Positions 40,406 to 50,782 of a DNA stretch of 64,000 nucleotides are shown here, piece after piece. The stretch spans positions 1,116,001 to 1,180,000 of the forward strand of contig JAHDYR010000012.1 of the NCBI GenBank assembly GCA_019828565.1, written 5' to 3'. The notes under the pieces were generated by a model. The model was not told the origin of the DNA. It saw only the letters and a program-made list of their open reading frames with translations, and did not search any database. This stretch comes from Carpediemonas membranifera BICM. Lineage: Eukaryota > Protista > Fornicata. The position numbers and the translations under genes were made by a program. Each line of letters starts with the position of its first letter. Position 1 is the stretch's first letter.

Positions 40406-43400
40406 TTAATCCTCAAGCTTCGCGTACTTGACCTTGACCCGCTTCTTCAGGCCGTCCTGGGTCTTGTGCTGGTGGATGGCGCCCGCGACAACGACGAAGA
40501 AGATGATGCCGATGGCGGCAATAAACACCGCGACGAAGGCCCCGATGAGGAGGAACCCGCCGACGATGACGGCCATGCTGGGGCCCGACCCGCCATTGCT
40601 GTCGGGGGCGGGGTCGTAGTTGTCCATCTGAACCCGGATGAACGCGTCGTCGTCCAGGGTGACGTAGATGTAGTTCACCCCGTCCTCCTTGTCGTCCATA
40701 CCCTTGGCGACGGCCGTGTGGGCCGCCCCGGTACTGGCACAGAGCCGGCCGAACTCGTCAAGATAGGGCGCGAGCTCCACGCCAGCAGCGAGCATGCCGA
40801 TCTGCTCAGTCGAGTTGAACGTCACGTCGTGCAGCTGGGCACACACGTTCGTCGGCGACTGCTCCATCTCGGGGATCAGCTTGGCCTTGATGATGGCTGC
40901 GTCGATCTCCTGCTGGGCAATGCAGACCGCGGTGCCGTCGTCGGCCACCTCCGCGGCCGTCAACCCCGTCGGCCCGAGCAGGCTGGCGGTCATGGAGGCG
41001 GGGCAGATGGTGCTGTTGACCCTAGTCTGCATGACGACGCCCTTGAGCGACGTCCGGGCCTCGGGGATGGTGTAATCTGTCGGGACGTTGACGTTGATCG
41101 TAGCGGCAGTGCCGTCGGAGTAGGTCAGCTTCATCGGGTAAGTACCGGCCTTGACCGTCGGCTCCGTGACAACTGGGATGATCGTAGTGTTGCCGTCGGC
41201 CGTCTGCACCAGCTGGCAGGGGTTGGTCTCCTTGCCGAACGCCACCGTCGCCACAGTCTCGTTCATGGCGGACGAGTCGATCACCATGCGGTCCTTGGCG
41301 TCGATCTTGGGCGCCACGGGGACCCAGCGCACGCACGACTTGTGCGGCTGGTCGTCGTCGGGCGTGCTCGTCTCGGCCGGGCAGTACTTGCAGCTGCTGG
41401 CGTGGGCGTCGGGCTGGAAGCGGCCACCGTCGCAGGCCTGGGCGTAGATGTGGGGCTGCCCGTCGTTGGGGACGAAGTAGCCCGGCGTCGTGTCGAGGCA
41501 GGCGGGCTTGCCGTGTTCAGGTTGGTACTGGCCGTTGTAGCAGGGGTACTGACGGATAGCCTTCTCCATGGGGACGTGGTAGCCGTCAGACGCGTCCAGA
41601 CACGCGTTGGTCTCCTCGTCGGGCTGGTAGCTCCCCGCGGGGCACCCCACCTGCTTCGTGTGGTCGCCGTCCTTGACGAACCAGCCCGGGCTCGACACCT
41701 GGCACAGTGGCTGGGCGGTGACGTTGGTGTAGCGGCCCATCGTGCAGTCGTCGCACTGCGCCATGCCCGTGTAGTTCTGGTGGGCGCCTGCTGGGCACGG
41801 CGTCTGCTGATCGTTGGGCTGGGCGACGTCGGGGCTGTAGTAGCCGCGGGACGTGATCAGGCAGTGGTTCTGGCCCGTCTGGGGCTGCCACTTGCCGTCG
41901 TAACAAGGCCGCTGGTGCGTGTGGTCGTCATCCGGGACGAAGTAGCCAGGCTCGGCAACCTTGCAGGCCGGTTGGTGGAGCTCGTCCGTGTAGTTCCCCG
42001 TGGCGCACTCGATGCACTCGACCTGGATCCGCTCGGGCTGGTAGTAGCCCTTGGCGCAGGGGTCGGGCTTCGTGTGGGGCTTGTTGTCGTCCGGGACGTA
42101 GTACCCGGGCTCGGTGTCGTCGCACTTGTCCCGCCCGGCGAGGGGCTGGAAAGTGCCCGAATCACACACCGTCTGCCGGGTGTGGTCGGAGTCGTGCACG
42201 TACCAGCCGGGCGTGGCGGCGTTGCACTCGACGGTGCGGGTGACGTTGGTGTAGTAGCCCGACTTGCAAGTCTTGCAGGCCGACAGCTTCTTCACATCAG
42301 CGTACATGCCCTTGGCGCAGTCGATCTCCTCCGTGTGTGACTGGCCGTCGTCGGGCACGAACGTCCCCTTATCGCACACCACACACACCGCCTTGCCCGC
42401 GGCAGGCTGATACGTTCCGTTGTTGCAAGGGTCCATCTTGGGGTGCGGCTGGCCGTCCACGGGGTTGTAGTAGCCGGGTTCGGTCGTCTTGCAGTCGCTC
42501 TGGCCCGTCTCGTCCTGGTACTTCCCCCCCATGCCGCACGGGTCCTGGGCCGTGTGGTTCTTCCCGTCAGCGGGCACGAAGTAGCCTGGACTGGCCTTCA
42601 CGCAGCTCCCCTTGCCCTTGTCGGGCTGGTACCCGCCCGCGTTGCAGTTCTCCCACTTTGTGTGCGGCTTGTTGTCGTCCGGGGTGTACGTGCCATTGGG
42701 GGTGAGCAGGCACTTGTTCTGGCCGCTATTGGGCTGGTACCCGCCGTTGTCACAGGGGAGCTGCTTCGAGTGGTCCTTGTCCGGGACGTAGTAGCCCGGG
42801 TCGGCGTCCCGGCACTCGAGGTCTGCCTCCTTCGACCACTTGCCGGACTGACACGCGACACACCTGTCCTCGTCGGTCGGGTGGGTGCCTGGCGGGCAGA
42901 CCTCCTGGTCAGTGTAGACGGCGCCCTTGCCTTGCTCGTTGAACGCGCCAGCGATGACGATGGTGTCGTCCATGTAGATCGAGGCCCCGAGGTGGGCGTC
43001 AGCCGGTGTCCCAGTGGGGACCATGCGCTGGTTGTACACCCAGTCCGTGGCGCTCTTCTTATAAATGTAGACAACGCCCGCCCCCACGCCGCCGCCCGCC
43101 TTGTCGAGCGGCGCGCCAATGACAAGATGATCATCGTACATGCCGACAGCGGTGCCGAAGTGGGCGTCTGCGGTCGGTGTGGGCGCCATGAACTCCTTCC
43201 ACACCTTCCACGTCTGGTCCTGGATCTCATAAATGTAGACCCGGCCCCCGCCCGCGGCCCCTGAGTGAGTGCAGTACGGCGCCCCGACGACTACCTGGGC
43301 CCCGTTGGTGGCAATGGACGTCCCGAACTGCTCGCCCGAGACGTAGCCTTCCCAGTTGAGGTTGTTGGTCCAGCCCGTGCCGGCGTCGTAGTTCCAGATG

Positions 43401-44068
43401 TACACGGCGCCCGTGCCGCCGGACTCCATGGGGGCTCCGACGAAGGCGACCTTGCCTGTGAGGGTGACAGCCCGCCCGTACTCCGTAGAGAGGTCCTTGC
43501 TGGACGATGTCAGCGTGCCCGTGTTTGACCAGTGGCCGTTGGAGACGGCGAAGATGTAGGCTGCCATCGTGCCCGTGCCTTGTTTGACGCTGAGGTAGGG
43601 CTCGCCAATGATGACCTGCGTCCCTTCTATGTCGAGGGAGTAGCCGAACGTCGCACGGTCAGTCTTCTTAGGTGACGTGACGATCTGTTTCATTTCAAAG
43701 TTCAGATTGTCCCGTGCGTAGAAGTAGACAGCGCCCTGCAGGCTTTCATAGCCGGTGGAGCCGACGATAAGCCACTCGTCGTCCATGCGGATCGAGCTGC
43801 CGAAGTTATCACCAGCGGTACTGTGGGGGTCTTCGATTGACTTCTTGATCGACCATCCCACGCCAGAATCATCCTTAGTGCTGATGTATACGGCACCTTT
43901 TCCCCCACTGACGCCTGTGGCGCCGATAACGGCAGTCTCGTCCATTACAAAGACGGAAAAGCCAAAGTTGTCTCCATTGGCAGTTGCTGCATCAACAATC
44001 CTGAATTCAGCCTCTTTTGCGTAGCCTAGAGCGGCTAATAGCAAGAGGACTGCCAGGATCAAGCGCAT
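40406..44068 (-). CDS. Type I surface protein: FG-GAP beta-propeller, many Cys-rich (ephrin-receptor-like/GCC2-GCC3) repeats, TM
   Basis: Signal peptide MRLILAVLLLLAALG, seven FG...GAP...GAVY blades, tandem CxxGxYQP...C...PGYY repeats, a TM helix, and a short tail ending YAKLED. Confidence 0.9.
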   Translation of the reverse strand: MRLILAVLLLLAALGYAKEAEFRIVDAATANGDNFGFSVFVMDETAVIGATGVSGGKGAVYISTKDDSGVGWSIKKSIEDPHSTAGDNFGSSIRMDDEWLIVGSTGYESLQGAVYFYARDNLNFEMKQIVTSPKKTDRATFGYSLDIEGTQVIIGEPYLSVKQGTGTMAAYIFAVSNGHWSNTGTLTSSSKDLSTEYGRAVTLTGKVAFVGAPMESGGTGAVYIWNYDAGTGWTNNLNWEGYVSGEQFGTSIATNGAQVVVGAPYCTHSGAAGGGRVYIYEIQDQTWKVWKEFMAPTPTADAHFGTAVGMYDDHLVIGAPLDKAGGGVGAGVVYIYKKSATDWVYNQRMVPTGTPADAHLGASIYMDDTIVIAGAFNEQGKGAVYTDQEVCPPGTHPTDEDRCVACQSGKWSKEADLECRDADPGYYVPDKDHSKQLPCDNGGYQPNSGQNKCLLTPNGTYTPDDNKPHTKWENCNAGGYQPDKGKGSCVKASPGYFVPADGKNHTAQDPCGMGGKYQDETGQSDCKTTEPGYYNPVDGQPHPKMDPCNNGTYQPAAGKAVCVVCDKGTFVPDDGQSHTEEIDCAKGMYADVKKLSACKTCKSGYYTNVTRTVECNAATPGWYVHDSDHTRQTVCDSGTFQPLAGRDKCDDTEPGYYVPDDNKPHTKPDPCAKGYYQPERIQVECIECATGNYTDELHQPACKVAEPGYFVPDDDHTHQRPCYDGKWQPQTGQNHCLITSRGYYSPDVAQPNDQQTPCPAGAHQNYTGMAQCDDCTMGRYTNVTAQPLCQVSSPGWFVKDGDHTKQVGCPAGSYQPDEETNACLDASDGYHVPMEKAIRQYPCYNGQYQPEHGKPACLDTTPGYFVPNDGQPHIYAQACDGGRFQPDAHASSCKYCPAETSTPDDDQPHKSCVRWVPVAPKIDAKDRMVIDSSAMNETVATVAFGKETNPCQLVQTADGNTTIIPVVTEPTVKAGTYPMKLTYSDGTAATINVNVPTDYTIPEARTSLKGVVMQTRVNSTICPASMTASLLGPTGLTAAEVADDGTAVCIAQQEIDAAIIKAKLIPEMEQSPTNVCAQLHDVTFNSTEQIGMLAAGVELAPYLDEFGRLCASTGAAHTAVAKGMDDKEDGVNYIYVTLDDDAFIRVQMDNYDPAPDSNGGSGPSMAVIVGGFLLIGAFVAVFIAAIGIIFFVVVAGAIHQHKTQDGLKKRVKVKYAKLED

Positions 44069-44291
44069 GGTGATGTTTAACTCGAGGTGAAGTCGAGCGG
44101 CAGTTTCCACGAAAGATCCGATACTGTTCGTTCGATCTCGGGTAGCAGCGGCCGTACGCATGGATATATCGTCTGTGGGATGACCGGTATTCGCCAGAAC
44201 ACGGGAGAAATGGACGTTGTTGAACGGGTGACCGCCGAAGACCCTGCTGTGATGCCGGACGAGACTCACCACATATACCACAACGCCATGT

Positions 44292-45881
44292 TTACTCTAG
44301 AGTGACCGGTGGGAAGGGCTGTATGAAGTCTGGCGGGTCGCACACCGTCAGTGAAGCGACCCCCTCGGCCTCATCCACCACGGTGTACCGGCACCACTCG
44401 CCCCCAGTGCAGTAGAAGTCGTCGGAGGTCGTGTCACTCATCCCGCAATGGGACACGGGGAAGGGCAGTGCGTACGCCGTGTCAGGTGTGGCGACGTGGG
44501 TCTTGCCCTCGGTAACCCATGCCGCCATGGTCAGCGAGCCCAGGAACGCGGTGGTCGTGGCCGGGAGCTGCAGAGGCGTGGCGCTCGAGATGACATCCCC
44601 AGCGGTGTAGCCGGGCAGCAGGTTCGACCGGGCGAAGGCCTCGGTCACTTGGCCGGCGAACAGGAGCTCGCTGCTGGTGACGAAGACAGTGAACATGCCG
44701 TCATCGTTCAGCATCTCCTCGACCACGAAGGGCTGCTCGACGAAGGTTTGCAGGGGATCTGTATGACCGAGTCCGAGCTGGCCAAACTGATTGGACCCGC
44801 CGATCATTTGCCGATCGCCCATTGTGAGAATGACAGACCAGCCAACCATGGCGTGATCTGGGACAAACCCGCTGGGCACGGGGACTGGGGCGAAGTCCTT
44901 CGCTTTCTCTATTCCGCAGAAGGCGTCGGCGTCGAGCCCGGCCATCACCAGGCCGACGGGGGTGCTGATGAAGGTCTTGTACCGCCCCATCCAGACGTGC
45001 TCAACGACGGTGTGCCTGTGCCAGGGGGGCAGGCCTTGCTCGTACGCGGCCACCTCAGGGCAGCAGGGGAAGGTGAGGCGGGTCGGGGCCGCGAGGTACT
45101 TTCCTGCACGGGTTCTGCCGAGCTGGGCACTGTCGTTGTGTCCCCACACGAACACACCGCGCGGCGTGACTGCGACGTGTGAGTTGTCGCAGCTGTGGAC
45201 GGCAGTGACGTGGGGCATGGCCGCCCGGGAGAACCCGCCGGGGGTGACCGGGTCGACCTTGAACAGACGGCCCGCGTACATGATGTGGACGTACAGCTGG
45301 TCCTTGGGGCACCCGAACTCCCTCTGCTGGAGGGTCTCGCCGTCCTTCTCGGCGACGAGGTGGGAATGATAGAACTTCTTGCACAGGAACCAGGGCAGCT
45401 TATCATGCGGCTTGTACTGGTTGCCCCTTCTCTCCATCAGACGTCCGCCGAGGTCGGGGTCGGCACCGCACGCCATGAGCACCCCCCAGATGGTCCCCTG
45501 CCGCAGGGTGACGAGGCTGCCGGCAAGAGTGTGGCCAGGCAGGAGGGGAATACTCATGCTTAGTGCTGGGCCGTCTGTGAGGATGGAGTGAACGCGGTCG
45601 AGGAGGACCTGCGCCTTCTTCTTGAGAGGCGGGAGCTTTGAGAGCCTCGCAAGGAGCTCATCGGCCGTAGCCCCAGTTGTGGCTTCATATGCTTCATTAT
45701 AATCGTGTAGCGAGGGCATCTCTTCGCGGAACTGCCTGTGGAAGGCGCCAGCGATCAACGACGGCACGTCGCCGGGGACATCCGTCGTGGTGATTGTTGC
45801 AAGATGATGGAGAGCTGTTAGTGTGTGTCTAAGCTCTTCTGCATCAGCATGTGAGCCAGCGCTGCTATGCCCGGCACCCAT
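44292..45881 (-). CDS. RCC1/BLIP-II repeat protein, lineage-specific family (paralog of 17192-19075)
   Basis: WGHNDSAQLG and GSNQFGQLG repeats. Shares the QGTxWxxLMxxGADPxLG and WFLCKKF blocks with 17192-19075. MGAGHS start suggests myristoylation. Confidence 0.8.
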   Translation of the reverse strand: MGAGHSSAGSHADAEELRHTLTALHHLATITTTDVPGDVPSLIAGAFHRQFREEMPSLHDYNEAYEATTGATADELLARLSKLPPLKKKAQVLLDRVHSILTDGPALSMSIPLLPGHTLAGSLVTLRQGTIWGVLMACGADPDLGGRLMERRGNQYKPHDKLPWFLCKKFYHSHLVAEKDGETLQQREFGCPKDQLYVHIMYAGRLFKVDPVTPGGFSRAAMPHVTAVHSCDNSHVAVTPRGVFVWGHNDSAQLGRTRAGKYLAAPTRLTFPCCPEVAAYEQGLPPWHRHTVVEHVWMGRYKTFISTPVGLVMAGLDADAFCGIEKAKDFAPVPVPSGFVPDHAMVGWSVILTMGDRQMIGGSNQFGQLGLGHTDPLQTFVEQPFVVEEMLNDDGMFTVFVTSSELLFAGQVTEAFARSNLLPGYTAGDVISSATPLQLPATTTAFLGSLTMAAWVTEGKTHVATPDTAYALPFPVSHCGMSDTTSDDFYCTGGEWCRYTVVDEAEGVASLTVCDPPDFIQPFPPVTLE

Positions 45882-46212
45882 CTTCGTCTTGCGTGTCAAT
45901 GTGTCGGCAACCCTGACCCACCTGAAATGCGACAAGGGACATCGAGCGTGCCCAACATGGAACACTCCGATAATGGCCTGCTTGTTGCTGTTTGGGTCGT
46001 GCAAGCAGGGTGTCATGGGCCCAGAGCTTTGGCTTCAAAGCATGGCATAAGAGCATCTGTGTCTAATGCTTGTTGTGGAGCCATCAAGGAGTTACAGCAC
46101 ATGCTACTCCCGATTTTTGATGAGCTTTGGAAAAACGCAGTTTTGGACAAATCGGGGTCCTGTGACCACTGTGAAACAAACTTTTCTGCTTCAATCGAGC
46201 TGAACCTCCTTG

Positions 46213-49200
46213 ATGGCTGATTCATCTGTGAATTCCCACGAAGTGGATCAGGATACGGCCATCATGCGTGAAGCAAGTGACATCAAGGCAAAGTACAATG
46301 CCCTACTTGAGGACAAGGCCTTATTGCACGGCAAACTGCACTGCTTCACATGGATACAGGAGCAGTGCATCGCCAGTGGCTGCAAGGACCTTCCCACTCG
46401 CCCTTATGACGATGATGACCAATCCATCAACGCCCACGATGACCAGCCCATATGCGATGTTATCGTCTCGCCCAACACCACAGAGCCATCCCCCGACCAG
46501 ATCACGCAGTCTGATACGGTGTCGGCTGAGGCATTGCGGCAGCAAAAGTGTCGTCTAGGCTTGGCGGTGGATCGCATCATCAACGACACCATCGCAGCAG
46601 AAAACAGTGCGGCTGCCAAAGACATTGCCAAAATTGAGGAAACGCTCAGGAGCTGCCCGCTTGCCGTGTCGATCAGCCAGCGTTTCCTCGAGGCCCAGCC
46701 TAACCCGACCCCCTACACGGCCGAGAAGCCACCGCCCATCAGCACGGCACTGGGAAAATTCTCCGCGATCAACGGCAAGCTCAGGCGTATGCGATTCTTC
46801 CATCAGGGCATGCTGGATGGCTTCAATGCGGTCGGAGACCCGGTAGCCGGCACGGCAGTGACCCTCGCACACAAGCCGCCGGTCAAGATACAGAGACGAC
46901 CGAAGGGGGAGGCCAAGAGCAGCGTTGAGAAGAAGAAGCAAACGACGTCCCGGAAGCACGCCACGAGAGACGAGAACGCCGGTCTCCAGAAAGAGATCGC
47001 CACGGTGTTCGCCTCCATCATGGCCGGCAAGGAGGCAGCTGGCAGTCAGGTCACACCTACCGCGGGCAGTGTGACGCCTCAAGACCCTCCCCTCCGGCAC
47101 CCTGTTGGCCAGCCCGCGGATACCGCCATACAGACAGCACCCGGGCCGGTTCGCCGGAAGGCCAGTCCGGTCGCCTGGCCCGCGGAGGAGCCCGAGCTGG
47201 ACCCCGCCACGCAGCTCCCATTCCTGCCACCGGTCTTCTCGCCGTTCAGATCCAGCTTCAGCCCAATCCCCACCAGCGGGGTCGTCCCGATGTCCTTGAC
47301 CCGCAACTCCCGCGGCCTCTTCCGGGACACGAAGAACGGCGTCGTGACGTACAATGCTGCCTCGCAATACGCCCTCGAGCGGCTGATAGAAGGCGCCCTC
47401 ACCGTCCTGTCCTGCTGCAACCGCCGTGACATCGCCGACCTCGTCGCCACCGTCAAGTACCAGCTCTACCTGGTCAGGACACAGCCGGGGCGGGTCAACT
47501 TGCTCGCCCTGACCAACTTCACGGTCCACTGCGCCCGTCTCACCGTCTCGGAGTCTCTCGGATTCGCGTCGGTTTGGCTCAGATCGAGCAGCCTGTTAGT
47601 AAGCTTGCCCGTTGCCGCTGCGGGCTACTTTCTTGCTCCTGGCTCATCTGGGCCGGCCCCTTCGCTTCCAGTCACGGTTACAGGTCTGGCCATTGATCTG
47701 GCCGGGACTGCTGCGATCACGATGCTTTTCCCAGGCGTCGGCTTTGGGGCCGTTGTCGCACGCGCGGCCGGCTTTGTTCTCGCTCGGCAGACTGCGGGCC
47801 TCGGCGCCAGCTTCGTCTCCTGGTGCATTCGAAAGCTGGTCGGCAGCCGCGTGAGCGCGACCCTCATCGACGACTTCAACCGACTCATCGGCAAGTACGA
47901 CCTCAAGTTCACCCAGGCCGACGGCACCAAGCGGCCCTACCGCTACACGGACGTAGCCACGCCCAGATGCAAGCGCAAGCTCCGCAAGGAGGCCATTGAG
48001 GCGGCCAAGAGCAAGCTCGACACGGACATGAAGAGGCAGAACTTCAAGCTGCATCCCGACAAGAACGAAGGCAACCCGATCCCCTGGGATGAGATGCTTC
48101 ATGACATCGAGAAGATGGTGTGCCTGATCAACAATATCGCCAACCGTGAGCGCGGCTTGATCAGTCTGGATGAGCTCATGTCCATCGTGAAGGAGAAGGT
48201 CTCCAGCGTCGTCGACCAGGTCTTCAAGGGCGGTAAGAGTGACACCACTAGTCCCTGCCTGCTGTTGGAGGATAAGACCGGCCCCGCTCTGCCCGACGCG
48301 TTCAAGAGCTGGCTCGAGGCAGACAAGTCGCTCAACGACGACCAGCGTCTGCTATGTCTGGCAGCCGCTGAGTACGACCACACCGCGACCCTGTGCGAGT
48401 GGTTCTGTCTTGCCGAGAGCGAGGCCAGTGCGGACATCGTCATCGCCCAGGCCTACGGGATCACTGACGGGCAGACCGTCGCCGAGTACATCACACGCTG
48501 TCTCGAGAAGGCAGACCACGAGACGCTCACCAGGGTAGCCGCCCGCGTGGGTTACGACGGGGTGGCCAACGTCAAGGTGCTCCGGGCTTCCCTGAAAATG
48601 ATCGACTTCAGCGGCATCAGTGTGTTTGACCAGTGTGACATGCTGGACGCGTTGGGATCAAAGCAGACCTCGCCGCTGGTGTTCGTGACTCGTGATACTG
48701 AGGTCAAGCAGCCTTTCGTGCGGAAGAAGGACGAAGGCATGGAGACGTCCCTCTACCCGTTTGCCCCGCTCACTGAGGACCTGCAGATGGAGGAGAGAAC
48801 GGTCATATCCAGCGACGGCAGCGTCTACACGAGCAACGCTGCGGCCTTCGTGAAGTTTGTCGAGCGGTTGACGGGCCTAAACTGCACTAAGCACGTCGCT
48901 GAATTCGTTCTCCATTACGCCAGCGGGCTCGACGCCGACCATGACATCGCAGTGAAGCGTGTGATGAGGCTCTGCGACAAAGGCGACCTCGAGTGCAGGT
49001 GGGTCGGCCAGCTGGGTAAGATCCTCAAGGATGCCCTCGTTGCCAGCCTCTCGCACCCTTTGGATGCCGCGCAGTTCGACCTCCACTCCCGCTTCAGCCT
49101 GGACAATGCCTGCTACCGCGACAACAGGGGCTCATTCGACTCGGCCGTCCACGCGCTGTACTACATGGACCCTCTTCTGTTCAGCCACGATGCCAAGACC

Positions 49201-50742
49201 CTCCGTGCCAAGGCGACGACCATACTGGGCAAGTCCAACCCACCTGTTGACCTGACCGAGACTGGGTGCAGCAACGAGAAGCTCCTTGAGACGTTCAAGG
49301 GTAAGAACAACATCAACCTGCCCGCACTCTGGGCGATCCAGCTGTACCTGTCGGGGCGGGTCAGATCAGAGACCGTCGGCCAGTTCGAGCTGATCCAGTA
49401 CGCCAGCGTGCTCGACGACAGGGGCGTGCACCGGTCAATCGAGCGCTTCCACCTCGAGCTGAACGACAGCCAGCTCGTGCTCCGCTGTTCCTATGTTGTT
49501 AGCCGCGCAGGCTGGTCTGCATGCTCTGAGGGCGTCGGGTTCACCAACAGTCACTTCTTCAACGTTTACCCGGCAACGGTTGACACCCCGCCCAGCCTGA
49601 TTATCCCCGCTATCGTCTCGAGCTCCAACGTCGTCGTCCGTGGAACCTTCCACCGCTCGCTGCTCATCGCCGCACACACCCTCGCGAATGACGTAGCAGC
49701 CAAAGTCGATGACAGCATCGCACCCATGCTGGCCCAGGCCTACCGCGCCGAGTTCGACGCGCACATCATCCAAGGGTCGCATGTGGAGATGACGTATGGC
49801 ATTGCAGGGCTTCGGTCCATGCTGAAGTCCCTGAAAACGCTCAGGGGGGAGGCCCAGAGGTACGTCGACCGGGCCAGACTGCGGCTACGCACCATCATTC
49901 CGCGGGACGACATTGACGACTTTGAGCGAGACAACGAGCACTGCATCGGCCGCGGCTCGCACGCGTCGGTCTTCCGCGGCACGTACTTCGTTGACGGCGA
50001 CATGGAGAACGCGGTCCCGGTGGCGATCAAGTTCATCGACAACGTGAGCGGGGCAGCCTTGGAGGCCACCCTCGCCGAGATCTCCCGCCACATGCTCCTT
50101 AGTGGCCACGCCAACGTCGTGACGCTGTACGGCGTGCTCGTCGACGAGAACCAGCAGTCGCTCGGCCTCGTCATGGAGCGGTGCAATAACACACTGCGCG
50201 CCGTCATCCACGGCAACAACAACAACAACGACGTTTCATTCTCCGCTGACGAGAAGCGCTCAGTTCTCCGGCAGGTGGCTGCCGGAATGGCCCACTGCCA
50301 CACCAAAGGCGTCATCCACCGCGACGTGAAACCGTCAAACGTCCTGGTGAAGCGAACTGGGCGCGGGCTCTGCGGGCTAGAGGGCATGGTGTCAGATTTC
50401 GGCATCAGCGTCAATGCGGCCGCGAGAGCGACGACGACAGGCGCCGTCCACGCCGGAACGCTGGTGTACAGCGCGCCGGAGACGTTCGACAACGTATTCT
50501 CGGAGAAGACCGACGTCTACGCCTTCGGCATCCTCGCCTGGGAGCTTCTCACCGGCCGCCAGCCGTGGGAAGAGGCGATGTCGCCCGCTGCGATCATGTG
50601 CAAGATCTACATGCAGCACCAGACGCCCGATATGAGCCTGATCCCCGACGCCGATTTGAGGGCCCTTGTGGAGCAGTGCGTCCAGCCTCTGCCTGAGAGC
50701 AGGCCCGGGTTCAGTGAGGTGGCCGCTCAATGGGCCCTGTGA
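46213..50742 (+). CDS. Large protein with J-domain-like segment and C-terminal TKL-type kinase
   Basis: MKRQNFKLHPDKN (HPD). Kinase motifs IGRGSHASV, VAIK, HRDVKPSN, DFG, GTLVYSAPE, DVYAFG. Confidence 0.85.
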   Translation: MADSSVNSHEVDQDTAIMREASDIKAKYNALLEDKALLHGKLHCFTWIQEQCIASGCKDLPTRPYDDDDQSINAHDDQPICDVIVSPNTTEPSPDQITQSDTVSAEALRQQKCRLGLAVDRIINDTIAAENSAAAKDIAKIEETLRSCPLAVSISQRFLEAQPNPTPYTAEKPPPISTALGKFSAINGKLRRMRFFHQGMLDGFNAVGDPVAGTAVTLAHKPPVKIQRRPKGEAKSSVEKKKQTTSRKHATRDENAGLQKEIATVFASIMAGKEAAGSQVTPTAGSVTPQDPPLRHPVGQPADTAIQTAPGPVRRKASPVAWPAEEPELDPATQLPFLPPVFSPFRSSFSPIPTSGVVPMSLTRNSRGLFRDTKNGVVTYNAASQYALERLIEGALTVLSCCNRRDIADLVATVKYQLYLVRTQPGRVNLLALTNFTVHCARLTVSESLGFASVWLRSSSLLVSLPVAAAGYFLAPGSSGPAPSLPVTVTGLAIDLAGTAAITMLFPGVGFGAVVARAAGFVLARQTAGLGASFVSWCIRKLVGSRVSATLIDDFNRLIGKYDLKFTQADGTKRPYRYTDVATPRCKRKLRKEAIEAAKSKLDTDMKRQNFKLHPDKNEGNPIPWDEMLHDIEKMVCLINNIANRERGLISLDELMSIVKEKVSSVVDQVFKGGKSDTTSPCLLLEDKTGPALPDAFKSWLEADKSLNDDQRLLCLAAAEYDHTATLCEWFCLAESEASADIVIAQAYGITDGQTVAEYITRCLEKADHETLTRVAARVGYDGVANVKVLRASLKMIDFSGISVFDQCDMLDALGSKQTSPLVFVTRDTEVKQPFVRKKDEGMETSLYPFAPLTEDLQMEERTVISSDGSVYTSNAAAFVKFVERLTGLNCTKHVAEFVLHYASGLDADHDIAVKRVMRLCDKGDLECRWVGQLGKILKDALVASLSHPLDAAQFDLHSRFSLDNACYRDNRGSFDSAVHALYYMDPLLFSHDAKTLRAKATTILGKSNPPVDLTETGCSNEKLLETFKGKNNINLPALWAIQLYLSGRVRSETVGQFELIQYASVLDDRGVHRSIERFHLELNDSQLVLRCSYVVSRAGWSACSEGVGFTNSHFFNVYPATVDTPPSLIIPAIVSSSNVVVRGTFHRSLLIAAHTLANDVAAKVDDSIAPMLAQAYRAEFDAHIIQGSHVEMTYGIAGLRSMLKSLKTLRGEAQRYVDRARLRLRTIIPRDDIDDFERDNEHCIGRGSHASVFRGTYFVDGDMENAVPVAIKFIDNVSGAALEATLAEISRHMLLSGHANVVTLYGVLVDENQQSLGLVMERCNNTLRAVIHGNNNNNDVSFSADEKRSVLRQVAAGMAHCHTKGVIHRDVKPSNVLVKRTGRGLCGLEGMVSDFGISVNAAARATTTGAVHAGTLVYSAPETFDNVFSEKTDVYAFGILAWELLTGRQPWEEAMSPAAIMCKIYMQHQTPDMSLIPDADLRALVEQCVQPLPESRPGFSEVAAQWAL

Positions 50743-50782
50743 GTGTAGTAAATGTTTGAATGAATGGTCGTGCCGTTTACCA

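Noticed and set aside
41330-42900. Repetitive DNA that might be a CRISPR-like or tandem array
   Set aside because: The repeats are degenerate, in frame, and encode Cys-rich protein repeats. There are no identical repeats with unique spacers.
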